Shown in pieces: positions 35,971 through 45,553 of a stretch of DNA of 64,000 nucleotides; position 1 is the first letter of the stretch, and every line of letters begins with the position of its first letter. Origin of the DNA: Acidobacteriota bacterium (GTDB lineage Bacteria > Acidobacteriota > UBA6911 > RPQK01 > JAJDTT01). Position numbers and translations under genes: made by a program. Location: the NCBI GenBank assembly GCA_965217775.1, contig CBDCJH010000002.1, positions 960,001 to 1,024,000 on the forward strand, written 5' to 3'. The notes under the pieces were generated by a model that searched no databases, had not been told where the DNA came from, and saw only the letters and a program-made list of their open reading frames with translations.

Positions 35971-36136
35971 CTAGCAGCCCGTGGCAAAAGTCGTCACGGC
36001 ATTCGACCGTCCCTGCATCCCGGCGGACTGCGTTGCGACTCGGTCACATACCCCGGTATGCTCCCTCCGAAGCGCCTTGTCCGGCGGGCGCAGGAACGGT
36101 CTCGGTGCTCGCGGGACTTTCACCACGGACTGCTAG
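35971..36136 (+). mobile_element. Palindromic MITE, copy 5 (166 bp)
   Basis: CTAGCAGCCCGTGGCAAAAGTC ... GACTTTCACCACGGACTGCTAG with a variant central hairpin GGTCACATACCCCGGTATGCTCC. Confidence 0.9.
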
Positions 36137-36190
36137 AATAAGTCCGAAACCGACACCAAACGAACACCCGACTTCGGCGGAGGATCCGCG

Positions 36191-38701
36191 ATGAATTCTA
36201 GCGCCCGACGGATGCTGGTTCCGATCCTGTTCCTACTCTTTTTCTCCCGGGAGGTGGTTCCTCAGATTTCGTCCGCGCCCATCGATCTGGCTCCCTATCG
36301 GGTCCAACGGGGCGATCAGGAAGCGGACCCCACCGGATTCCAGTTGAATTTTGCGGGAGAGGCCGGCCATCGGCTCCAATTTCACTACGCCGCGGCGGAA
36401 CCCGTGGAGCTGGAGGTGTCGGTGGGGTTTCCTGCAGGCGGGGCTCGCACCGAAAGACGGCTTCTGGACCCCGGAGCGGAAGACGCTGCGGCCGGCTTCG
36501 ATCTGGGTCCCCTACTGGGTCACGGACCCTACCGGCCACTTCCTGCCCCCAGCCACAAGGGGCCCCAGGAGAGGGTCCGGGGATATTTGCGAACCGGCTG
36601 GTGGATCGACACCCACGACCCGGGCAACTACCTCTTGACCGTCAAGGGAAGACGGGTCCGGGACGGCGTGCTCCTGTTCTCCAACGACTTCCGACTCCCG
36701 GTTCAGACCTGGATCGGAGCGGATCCGGACCGCTTGGCCTATATCGACGACAACGCCGCCGAGGTGGAACTCTGGCTCAAGAAAGGCGCGCCGGTCCGGG
36801 AACTGGCGGTGGAGGTCGATCTCGTGGAAGCCCGCACCGGGCGCGTGCGATCACCCGCCACCGCAGTCAGGCTCACCCCAGACAAGGCAAACGTGGCCTT
36901 CGATCTGACCGGCCTGAAGGCGGCCACCTATCACGTGCGGGTGAGGCCTCGGGTGGACGGCCGGCTCTGGGAGGACGGACCCCGCCGGGCGTTGTACCTG
37001 CACCGGAACGGGCCGGCCCCGAGACCGGAACCGCCCCTTGAGATCCCGGTGGCTCCCCAACTGTTCGTGGACGACTTTCTGATCGAGGACCAGCGGAATC
37101 TTCGTAGGATCTTCCATCCGGCCCGCAAGCTGGACCATCGGCCCCTGATCCGGCCCGACCGTCCTTGGGAGGGTCATTCAGTCATGCTGCCCGACGGCGC
37201 CGTCCCTGTCTTCAACCGGGAGCAACAACGGTACGAGTTGGAATATATGAGCGCGACCCGTTACCGGCTTCTGGCGGTGTCCAGCGACGGAGTCCGTTGG
37301 ACCAAACCGGAGCTGGGGCTGGTGGAGTTCCAAGGTTCCCGGGCCAACAACATCCTGGAGAAGATGCCGTCCCGGGGCCATGTGGGGGAAGAGGGCGAGT
37401 TCGGGGGGCTGTGGGACTATAGAACCCGTGGCACGCCCGATTTGCGGACCGCCACCCGGGTCGGCAGTCCCAAGTACCCGGACATGGAGTTTCAGCCGGG
37501 AACTTACCTGATGGTCCGGGACTCGGAGGGGGTCGGGTATCTCACGACGGAGCGGCCTTTCATGAGGCGTCACCTGCAGGTGGAGACGCTGGACAGCCCC
37601 ACCGACAACCTGGGCCCCATGTTCTACGACGAGCGGACCGGTGAGCTGGTGCTCTATTTCGCCGCTCATCCTCCGTCCATGGGACGGGCGTTGGTGCGCT
37701 ACGACAACAAGTGGGCCGTCTCGCGGAACCTGGGGCGGTTGACCACGCGCGACGGGGTGAACTGGAACCGGAGCTATATCTGGGCGCCGCCGCGGGAGCA
37801 CCCGAAGCACCAGAGCTACGGGATGCAGCGGGTGAAGCGGATCGGCGACCTCTACGTCGCCTTCTTTCCACTCTACGACTGCGGAACTCAACGGATGGCA
37901 ATCCACCTTTGGGTGAGCCGCAACGGGATCCACTGGGAGGATCTGGGAGGAGACCGGGCCTGGATTCCCAACGGACCCGACGGCAGCTTCGATTACGGGA
38001 TTGTCTACGGTTTCGCAGAGGGCTCAGAAGAGGGAGACCGTTCCGTCGGTTTGTACCACGGCACCAATACCCTGCACGTCAACGCCTGGATCCGGGACAA
38101 ACTGGTGGGCGGCGGGCCGGGCGACACCCCGATTCCCGCCTCCGGGATATTCAATGACGTGCAATACAACGGCCGGCCCTATCTTTCCTCGCCGGCGCCA
38201 GTGGGGCCGGCGTGGGCTCTTTACGAATGCATTTGGAGTTGGCGGCGGCCCCATTGCAGCCAGACGGTGGAGGAAGTTCGCCAAGGCTTCTGGGCGGAGC
38301 TCGAGGCCAATACGGGTCAGACCCGGGAGGACCATATCGAAAAGAGCCGGGTGTTCCAGATCGCTCCCGCCCAAGTGGAGTACCGCACCAATGGATTCGC
38401 GTCGAGGCGGGCCGGTGAGCGGGAGGGCGTGCTGACGACCCATCCGCTGGTTTTTCAGGGGAGCCGGTTGACGGTCAACGCGGCGGCCACCAAGGGCCGC
38501 GTCGGTGTGGAGATCCTGGACGAAGCCGGGCGGCCGATGGCCGGTTACCGCCGGAACGAGTGCCTGCTCACCGCCTTCGACAGCACTCGGCAAGAAGTGA
38601 CCTGGAGAGAAAAACCGGATCTGGCTTCGTTGCGAGGCCGGCCGGTTCGGCTCCGCTTCTACCTGCAGCACGCTGACCTGTACGGCTTCCGGATTCGATA
38701 G
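36191..38701 (+). CDS. Large exported hypothetical protein with a putative beta-propeller glycosidase-like domain
   Basis: Signal peptide, 'LFVDD', Asp-box-like 'SSDGVRWTKP', 'TRDGVNW', 'SRNGIHW'. C-terminal domain shared with 55967 and 57653. Confidence 0.7.
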   Translation: MNSSARRMLVPILFLLFFSREVVPQISSAPIDLAPYRVQRGDQEADPTGFQLNFAGEAGHRLQFHYAAAEPVELEVSVGFPAGGARTERRLLDPGAEDAAAGFDLGPLLGHGPYRPLPAPSHKGPQERVRGYLRTGWWIDTHDPGNYLLTVKGRRVRDGVLLFSNDFRLPVQTWIGADPDRLAYIDDNAAEVELWLKKGAPVRELAVEVDLVEARTGRVRSPATAVRLTPDKANVAFDLTGLKAATYHVRVRPRVDGRLWEDGPRRALYLHRNGPAPRPEPPLEIPVAPQLFVDDFLIEDQRNLRRIFHPARKLDHRPLIRPDRPWEGHSVMLPDGAVPVFNREQQRYELEYMSATRYRLLAVSSDGVRWTKPELGLVEFQGSRANNILEKMPSRGHVGEEGEFGGLWDYRTRGTPDLRTATRVGSPKYPDMEFQPGTYLMVRDSEGVGYLTTERPFMRRHLQVETLDSPTDNLGPMFYDERTGELVLYFAAHPPSMGRALVRYDNKWAVSRNLGRLTTRDGVNWNRSYIWAPPREHPKHQSYGMQRVKRIGDLYVAFFPLYDCGTQRMAIHLWVSRNGIHWEDLGGDRAWIPNGPDGSFDYGIVYGFAEGSEEGDRSVGLYHGTNTLHVNAWIRDKLVGGGPGDTPIPASGIFNDVQYNGRPYLSSPAPVGPAWALYECIWSWRRPHCSQTVEEVRQGFWAELEANTGQTREDHIEKSRVFQIAPAQVEYRTNGFASRRAGEREGVLTTHPLVFQGSRLTVNAAATKGRVGVEILDEAGRPMAGYRRNECLLTAFDSTRQEVTWREKPDLASLRGRPVRLRFYLQHADLYGFRIR

Positions 38702-38708
38702 GCAGATC

Positions 38709-39497
38709 TTGTCCCAAAACAGTCACGACGCAATCATCTCCATGCAACGGGTCCGGAAGTCGTATGGAGATCTTCTGGTGTTGGACGACCTCGATCTCCA
38801 GGTACCCTCCTCCCAGAAGCTGGCCCTGATCGGACCCAGCGGTTCCGGGAAATCGACCATTCTCCGCATCCTCATGACCTTGGAGCGCGTGGACTCGGGC
38901 CAGGTGCTCATCGATGGCCAGGCGGTCTGGGAGCGGGACCACCGGGGACGGCAGGTTCCTGCCGGATCTCGCCACCTGAGGGAGATTCGGAGCAAGGTGG
39001 GAATGGTCTTCCAGCAGTTCAATCTGTTTCCCCACATGACCGTGCTGAAGAACCTGACGGTGGCGCCCATGCGGGTCCTGGGCCTGTCCCAGGAAACGGC
39101 TCGGGAGCGTGCTCTGGCCCTGCTGAAGAAGGTCGGCCTGCTGGACAAGATCGATGCTTATCCGGCGCAGCTCTCGGGAGGTCAGAAACAGCGGGTGGCC
39201 ATCGCCCGGGCCCTGGCGATGCAGCCCCGGATCATGCTCTTCGACGAGGTCACATCGGCGCTCGACCCCGAGTTGGTGGGCGAGGTGCTTCAGGTGTTGG
39301 AAATGTTGGCCCAGGAGAGCGACATCACCATGTTGATCGTGACCCACCACATGGGTTTTGCCCAGGACATCGCCGACCGGGTCGTTTTCCTGGACCAGGG
39401 ACGGATCGTGGAGGACGCGGCTCCCGGGATCATCTTCTCCCAGCCGCGGGAAGCCCGGACGCAAAAGTTTCTGGGGAGCATCCTGGCCGCCCGGTGA
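38709..39497 (+). CDS. ehuA: Polar amino acid ABC ATP-binding protein, EhuA (ectoine)-like
   Basis: 'IGPSGSGKSTILRILMTLE', 'GMVFQQFNLFPH', 'LSGGQKQRVAIARALAM', 'LFDEVTSALDPELVGEVL'. Confidence 0.8.
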   Translation: MSQNSHDAIISMQRVRKSYGDLLVLDDLDLQVPSSQKLALIGPSGSGKSTILRILMTLERVDSGQVLIDGQAVWERDHRGRQVPAGSRHLREIRSKVGMVFQQFNLFPHMTVLKNLTVAPMRVLGLSQETARERALALLKKVGLLDKIDAYPAQLSGGQKQRVAIARALAMQPRIMLFDEVTSALDPELVGEVLQVLEMLAQESDITMLIVTHHMGFAQDIADRVVFLDQGRIVEDAAPGIIFSQPREARTQKFLGSILAAR

Positions 39498-39556
39498 GGA
39501 AAGAGGAAGGTGAGGAAAGAGGGTTGCCGCGCCACGGGGCGCGGTATGGAGCGCGG

Positions 39557-41002
39557 TTACACCAATAGTTTTTCGATGACCCGGCCGGCCACGTCGGTGA
39601 GCCGGAACTCCCGTCCCATGTAACGGTAGGTGAGCCGAGTGTGGTCGAGCCCGAGGCAGTGCAGCAGGGTGGCCTGCAGATCGTGGATGTGGATCGGATC
39701 CTCTTCGATCCGGATCCCGAAGTCGTCGGTTCGCCCCACCACCTGGCCTCCCCGGATTCCCCCTCCGGCTATCCAGAGGCTGTAGGCGGAGGGCTGGTGG
39801 TCCCGGCCTGCATAGCTGGCGTCTTCGGGGGTTCTCAGCTCCACCATGGGCGTTCGCCCGAACTCGCCGCCCCAGACCACCAGGGTCTCCTCCAGCAAGC
39901 CCCGCCGTTTCAGGTCCTTGAGCAGGGCCGCCGTGGGCCGGTCGATCTTGCGGGCCCGTTTGGGGAGCTTCTTGTTGATCTCGGTGTGATCGTCCCAGCC
40001 GTGGTCCATCATCAGGACGAAACGGACGCCCCGCTCCACCATGCGGCGAGCCAGCACGCAGTTGGCCGCGAACTGACGCTCCGCTTCGTCCGCACGGTCG
40101 AGGCCGTAAAGTTCCCGGATCTCGGCCGGTTCGGAAGAGAGATCGGTCAACTCCGGAGCCGCGGTCTGCATCCGGAACGCCAGCTCGTAGTTGGAGATGC
40201 GAGAGGCGATCTCGGCGTCGCCGGTGGACTCCCGATGTTGTTGGTTCAGATCCCGAATCAGGTCCAACGAAGCCCGCTGGGTGGAATGACTGATCCCGGG
40301 TGGGTTGCCCAGGTAGAGAATCGGGTCTCCCGACTGGCGAAAGACCGTCCCCTGGTAGTGGGAGGGCAGGAAGCCGCTGGCGAAATTGGTCGACCCGCCG
40401 CTGGTGCCCCCGGGACCGGAAGTCAGGACCACGAATCCGGGCAGGTTCCTGGACTCGCTCCCCAGGCCGTAGGCGATCCAGGCGCCGAGGCTGGGACGGC
40501 CCATCTGGATGGTTCCGGTGAAGAGCAGCAACTGGCCCGGATGATGGTTGAAGGAGTCGGTGTGCATGGAACGGACCAGGCTGATGTCGTCGGCGCAGGA
40601 GCCGATGTGGGGGATCCACTCCGAGAGCTCCATGCCGCACCGGCCGTAGCGCCGGAAAGGAACGGAGCTGGCCAGGATCGACGCCGAAGGCTGGATGAAC
40701 GCGAATTCCAGGCCTTCGGTCTGGGATTCGGGAAGAGGTCTGCCGTGGTATTGGTTGAGAGCCGGTTTGGGATCGAAGAGTTCGTACTGGCTGGGACCGC
40801 CCTCCATGAACATGAAGATGAAATTCTTGGCCTTGGGTGCGAAGTGGGGAGCCGCCGGCCGCAGGGGACCGCCCGGAGTGGGGGCGGCGGTCAGGCCGTC
40901 GAGGGTGAGCAGGTCGGCCAGAGCCATCACGCCGATTCCGGAAGCGCAGTTCTGCAGGAAGTCCCGGCGGCCCTGGAGGGCACGAAGTTGAAAGGGAGTC
41001 AT
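39557..41002 (-). CDS. DUF1501 domain protein (Tat-exported, sulfatase-related)
   Basis: 'RRDFL', 'FM.GGPSQ.ELFDPKP', 'NHHPG', 'RPSLGAW..YGLG', 'ARRMVERGVRFV', 'WDDH', 'GEFGRTP', 'GRDH'. The start is ATG at 41002. Confidence 0.92.
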   Translation of the reverse strand: MTPFQLRALQGRRDFLQNCASGIGVMALADLLTLDGLTAAPTPGGPLRPAAPHFAPKAKNFIFMFMEGGPSQYELFDPKPALNQYHGRPLPESQTEGLEFAFIQPSASILASSVPFRRYGRCGMELSEWIPHIGSCADDISLVRSMHTDSFNHHPGQLLLFTGTIQMGRPSLGAWIAYGLGSESRNLPGFVVLTSGPGGTSGGSTNFASGFLPSHYQGTVFRQSGDPILYLGNPPGISHSTQRASLDLIRDLNQQHRESTGDAEIASRISNYELAFRMQTAAPELTDLSSEPAEIRELYGLDRADEAERQFAANCVLARRMVERGVRFVLMMDHGWDDHTEINKKLPKRARKIDRPTAALLKDLKRRGLLEETLVVWGGEFGRTPMVELRTPEDASYAGRDHQPSAYSLWIAGGGIRGGQVVGRTDDFGIRIEEDPIHIHDLQATLLHCLGLDHTRLTYRYMGREFRLTDVAGRVIEKLLV

Positions 41003-41004
41003 CT

Positions 41005-43584
41005 CTATTCCCGGGTGATGAACTCGTCCAGGTTCAACACGGCTCGGGCAGCCGCGGTCCAGGTGGCCGCCAACAGGGGCTCCAGGTCCGAATCGGCCCC
41101 GTTCGCGAGTTGTTTCACCGACTCCGGTTCCTCCTGGAGAATCGCCCTCTGCCGTCCAAGAAAACGTCGGAATAGACGACGTTCGTCCGGAGTGGGTTCC
41201 CGGCTCAAACAGAGCTGGTAGATGTGGTCCAATCGTTCTTCCCAGCGGGGAGGGGCCTCCCGGAGCGTGCGTTGCGCCAGAAACCGGGCCGCTTCCATGA
41301 AGACGGGGTCGTTGAGCAGGTTCAGGGCCTGGAGCGGTGTGTTGGAGCGCTCCCGCCGGCAGACCGTGGCGCTGGCGTCGGGAGCATCGAAGTTCACCAT
41401 CTGGGGATAGGGAGCGCTTCGCCGGAAGAGCACGTAAAGGCCGCGGCGGAAGCGGTCCGCACCCGAACTGGGCTCCCAGCCGGACTTGCCGTAGGTGATC
41501 GTGGCGATCCAATCGGGCTGAGCCGGACGGATGCTCTTGCCGCCGATTCGGGAATCCAGCACTCCAGCCGCCCTCAGCGCCGCATCGCGGATCAGCTCGG
41601 CGGGAAGGCGCAGCCGGCTTTGCCGGGCGAGCAGGACGTTCTCCGGATCCGTCTGCTCCAGCCGCTGCTCGACCCGGGAGGGCTGGCGGTAGGTGGCCGA
41701 CGTCACCAGTCGGCGCAACATCTTCTTTTGGCTCCAGTCCCGGCGCATGAACTCCGAGGCCAGCCAATCCAGGAGAGCCGGATGGGAGGGCTTGGATCCC
41801 TGGGTGCCGAAGTCCTCGGGAGTACTCACGAGTCCACGCCCGAACAGTTCCTGCCAGAGCCGATTCGCGGCGACGCGGGCGGTCAGGGGGTTGTTCTTAT
41901 CCACCAGCCATCGGGCCAGCCCCAGCCGGGGTGGTTCCTCCCCGTTCCGGAGGGGAGGCAGCCAGCCGGGCGTGCCGGGCCGGACCTCCACTCCAGGGAC
42001 TCGATAGTCTCCCCGCAGGGCGATATGGGTGGCGCCCGGCAGGGCCTGAACGACATCGGCCCGGGTCACATCGGGGAAGGACGTTTCCAGCTCGGCCAGC
42101 TTCCCCTTCAGATCCTTCAACTTCTCGCTCAGGGCCTCTTCCTTGGCGTTCTCCGGACCGGGATACTTGAAGAAATAGTGGGTCACCCGGTCGTTTTCCC
42201 GCCAGGTGCGGCCCGCGGGGCCCGACCCCAGCAACTCCGGAGCCCGGTCCAACTCGTTGAGAATGGCGCCCCGGAGAATGTCGTCCCAGTCCAGATGCTT
42301 CCCCGGATACTCCATTGCCTCCAGGAGCATGGTTTCCCATCGCGCTTGCAGCCTGGGAACCGAGATCTCGCCGTTGTCGAGAAGTTCTTTCCTCTGCTGG
42401 CGGTAGCGCGGGAATTCCTCCAGGAATGGCTCCGTTTCTCCCCCGAGGGGTGCATCCATCTCCCGGCCCTGGGTCTGATTGAAGAAGGCCAGGAACTGGT
42501 AGTACTCCTTCTGGCTCAGGGGATCGTACTTGTGGTCGTGACACTGGGCGCAGCCCAAGGTCAGCCCCAGCCAGACCGAGCCCATGGTGTTGGTCTGGTC
42601 CAATATCTCCTCGAACCGCACCTGACCTCGAGGTACGCCCGCTTCCCGATTCTTGAGGCCGCTGCGCAGGAATCCGGTCGCGACCCTCTGTTCAAGGCTC
42701 GCCCCGGGGAGGAGATCTCCGGCAATTTGCTCGAGGGTGAAGCGGTCGAAGGGCAGGTCGCGATTCAGCGCCTGGATCACCCACTGCCGCCAGCGCCAGG
42801 CGTGGGGACGGAGCAGGTCCTTCTCGTAGCCGTCGCTGTCGGCGTAGCGGGCCAGGTCCAGCCAGTGCCGGGCCCATTTCTCGCCGTAACGGGGCGATGC
42901 CAGGAGCCGGTCCACCAACCGCTCATAGGCGTCGGGCCGGTCGTCGCGCAAGAAGGCCTCCACCTCCTCGACGCTGGGCAGGAGACCGGTCAGGTCCAGG
43001 CTGACCCTGCGGATGAGGGTCTCTTTGGAGGCCATGGGGGAAGGGGACAATCCTTCCTGGTCCAGTCGGTTCCGGATCAACGAGTCGATGGGCGACCGAT
43101 CCCAGGCTCCGGTTGTCTCCGGCAGGGGCTCGGGCCGGTCGATGGGGCGGAACGACCAGTGCTGCGCCTCTGTTGGGGAAACAGAATCCGAGTCGGCCCG
43201 AACCGGCATCTCGCGGGGCCAGGGGGCTCCCTGGTCGATCCAACGGGTCAGCACCTCGATCTGATCCGGACGGAGGGGTGGCGCCGCCAGGGGCATGCGC
43301 GTGCTGGGGTCTTCACTGGTCAGTCTCCGGATCAGGGTACTGCCGCCGCCGTCGCCCAAGACCAGAGAGGGCCCCGAGTAGCCCCCTGCCAGAGCGCCCT
43401 CCCGGCTGTCCAGACGAAGGCCGTTCAGTTGCTGCGAGGGACCGTGGCACTGGATGCAGTGGTTCTCAAGGAGGGTCCGGACTTCCTGGGCCAACGGGTC
43501 AGGGACCGCCGCCGAACGGGACTCTGCCCCGAAACCGGACCCGAGCAGTCCGAAAACGATGAGAATGTGGGACTTGAAGGCCAT
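41005..43584 (-). CDS. Planctomycete cytochrome c + DUF1549/DUF1553 (PSD1) protein
   Basis: CxxCH 'CIQCH' and 'CAQCHDHKYDP', 'YGEKWARHWLDLARYADSDG', 'PSHPALLDWLA', 'TPLQALNLLN'. Confidence 0.92.
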   Translation of the reverse strand: MAFKSHILIVFGLLGSGFGAESRSAAVPDPLAQEVRTLLENHCIQCHGPSQQLNGLRLDSREGALAGGYSGPSLVLGDGGGSTLIRRLTSEDPSTRMPLAAPPLRPDQIEVLTRWIDQGAPWPREMPVRADSDSVSPTEAQHWSFRPIDRPEPLPETTGAWDRSPIDSLIRNRLDQEGLSPSPMASKETLIRRVSLDLTGLLPSVEEVEAFLRDDRPDAYERLVDRLLASPRYGEKWARHWLDLARYADSDGYEKDLLRPHAWRWRQWVIQALNRDLPFDRFTLEQIAGDLLPGASLEQRVATGFLRSGLKNREAGVPRGQVRFEEILDQTNTMGSVWLGLTLGCAQCHDHKYDPLSQKEYYQFLAFFNQTQGREMDAPLGGETEPFLEEFPRYRQQRKELLDNGEISVPRLQARWETMLLEAMEYPGKHLDWDDILRGAILNELDRAPELLGSGPAGRTWRENDRVTHYFFKYPGPENAKEEALSEKLKDLKGKLAELETSFPDVTRADVVQALPGATHIALRGDYRVPGVEVRPGTPGWLPPLRNGEEPPRLGLARWLVDKNNPLTARVAANRLWQELFGRGLVSTPEDFGTQGSKPSHPALLDWLASEFMRRDWSQKKMLRRLVTSATYRQPSRVEQRLEQTDPENVLLARQSRLRLPAELIRDAALRAAGVLDSRIGGKSIRPAQPDWIATITYGKSGWEPSSGADRFRRGLYVLFRRSAPYPQMVNFDAPDASATVCRRERSNTPLQALNLLNDPVFMEAARFLAQRTLREAPPRWEERLDHIYQLCLSREPTPDERRLFRRFLGRQRAILQEEPESVKQLANGADSDLEPLLAATWTAAARAVLNLDEFITRE

Positions 43585-43681
43585 GGCAACCCGGCTCCCA
43601 TTGTACATGGGCGGTGTGGGATTGGCAGCCGAGGTGACGGGGCTCCCCGCGGTGACGGAAGCGGATATGGCGACGCGGGTG

Positions 43682-45466
43682 TTATTGGCCGCGCGCAGGG
43701 GGAGGAGTCACGGGAGGCCGGGGGATGTCCTCGGCCGGTCTTTTCAGTGTCACGTCCTCGAACAGGAGAGACGGTGTCACCAGGGACATCAGAGGCGCTT
43801 CCATCGACCCCCCGGCCCCCATCATGAAAAACGAAGCGAACATGCGATCCGGACGGCGATATTCCATGTCGTAGACTTCAGCCGTGTCGGAAGCAGCGAC
43901 GATGTCCCTGAAGCTGGACTCGCTCACTCCGGATAGTGTCACCTTCCGAATCGGCTCTTCCCGTCCGTCCGACAGCACCTTGTAAGCCAGAATGGCCGGC
44001 TCGACCCGCGAACTCTCCCGGGATCCCGGCATCATGAACGCAGCACTGCGGTCCCTGGACAGCTTCAGGTGCGGGTTTCCCAGACGCCGCACGATGATGC
44101 CGTAGTCAAGTCCCCGTTCCTGCACCAGACTGAGAAGTTCTTGCTTGATCTCGTCACGATTCATTCCGTTCTGTGCGCGAACGAAAAGATTGGAGGGGGC
44201 GGGTCCCATGTTTCGCCGATTTCCGGTGCTGTTCGGCACTCCCCTGACCGGGTTTCGAGTCGTCAACAAGGTCTTGAGAATTCCCCTCCGGACAACGGTC
44301 GTCTCCCCGGAACGCACGGCTTCCTCGTCCACCTCGTACCCGCCCAGAAGAGGAACCGAACCGTGGTGCTTCACGGTCGGGTCGTCTACGATCGACAGGA
44401 ACCTGGGAAGGACCCGAGCACCCAACCGGTCCTGAAACGGATTCCGGGACCGTTGGACGTATCGTTCATTCCTGGGATCGTCCAACCTGGGAACCCTCTG
44501 ACCCAGCAGCCGGGGAACCAGTACTTGGCTCACGAGCTCGGCGGCAGCCTGTCCCTCGAAGAGGACCGGACCGCTGTAGAGTTCGATGTTTTCGGCCTCA
44601 CGCAGTTGGTCCAGGTGAGCGATCATTCCCCGAATCTTTTTGGCCAAATCAGTCTGACCGGGCAGGTCCTCCCATGAACGTCCGTAAGCGACGACGAAGT
44701 CTTCCAACTCCGTCCCGTCGGAGGCCTGGGTACCGCCCAGAGCCCGGATCCTGGCCGAAGGCTCGCTTTGGACATACGCAGACCCTTCGCTGTTCACGAA
44801 GTACGTCGTCGTGCGGCGAAGCTGGGCCCGGACCTGTGAGGCGAAGATGTGGGGCGCCTCCTGGAAGAGAGCGGACAACTCCTTCACCGTTGTTTCCACC
44901 TGCGCTGCATCTGCAAGTTCCACCAGGGGCCGGGAGTCTCTGAATTCAACAGGTTCTTCCTGACTGAAATCGGCGACCTCCTCGGCCCGAGTCTTGTTCT
45001 GGAGAGCCGCACGTTTCTTGGCGAGCCGATGGACAGCCTGTTTGTAGGCCCCGTCGGTGGCCAGCCAGATCTTTCGTCTCAGTTCTCCGTAATCGTCTGC
45101 CAGAGGTAAGGGAGTGGGCATTCCGGTCCAGACCACTCCGGAACGCATTGCGCCGAAATCAAAGAAATTGGTGTTGTCGAAACCAGGTTCGCCGACTCGA
45201 ACCTGGACCGAAAGAGAACGGCTGCTCCCCCCTCCCCGGTTGAGCACTCCCCCCAGACTGGCCGCAACCCGGAAGTTCTGAGACTCCTGAACCCAATAGG
45301 CGACGTAGTAAGGTTTCTCCATCCCTTCGAGTTGCAGCTTCTCCATACTCCGTCCCAGCTCATCGCGCATCGCTTTCATCAGGACGCTCTCTTGTGCTTG
45401 AAGCCACGTTGAACCCATCACCAACAGGATGAAACTGCACAGAATCGGGGCGCGGCAGGGCGTCAT
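43682..45466 (-). CDS. TldE/PmbA-like protein with signal peptide (no HExxH)
   Basis: 'AMRDEL.RS', 'VRVG...FDN', 'Y.GPVLF', 'IVDDPT', 'P.LLF'. Paralogous to the neighbouring TldD. Confidence 0.8.
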   Translation of the reverse strand: MTPCRAPILCSFILLVMGSTWLQAQESVLMKAMRDELGRSMEKLQLEGMEKPYYVAYWVQESQNFRVAASLGGVLNRGGGSSRSLSVQVRVGEPGFDNTNFFDFGAMRSGVVWTGMPTPLPLADDYGELRRKIWLATDGAYKQAVHRLAKKRAALQNKTRAEEVADFSQEEPVEFRDSRPLVELADAAQVETTVKELSALFQEAPHIFASQVRAQLRRTTTYFVNSEGSAYVQSEPSARIRALGGTQASDGTELEDFVVAYGRSWEDLPGQTDLAKKIRGMIAHLDQLREAENIELYSGPVLFEGQAAAELVSQVLVPRLLGQRVPRLDDPRNERYVQRSRNPFQDRLGARVLPRFLSIVDDPTVKHHGSVPLLGGYEVDEEAVRSGETTVVRRGILKTLLTTRNPVRGVPNSTGNRRNMGPAPSNLFVRAQNGMNRDEIKQELLSLVQERGLDYGIIVRRLGNPHLKLSRDRSAAFMMPGSRESSRVEPAILAYKVLSDGREEPIRKVTLSGVSESSFRDIVAASDTAEVYDMEYRRPDRMFASFFMMGAGGSMEAPLMSLVTPSLLFEDVTLKRPAEDIPRPPVTPPPARGQ

Positions 45467-45553
45467 GGACCTACTCCTTGTTTGCTGGACACGTCCGGGA
45501 CCATGGTGGGTGTCGCTGGTGGCAGAATGTGGCATTTGGGTGCTCCTGCCGGG

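Noticed and set aside
41224-43827. 867-aa plus-strand ORF, and similar long ORFs at 38568-40640, 47365-49263, 47520-49550 and 56557-58185
   Set aside because: Shadow or alternative-frame ORFs over well-supported genes, with either Arg/Gly/Pro-rich or typical antisense composition.
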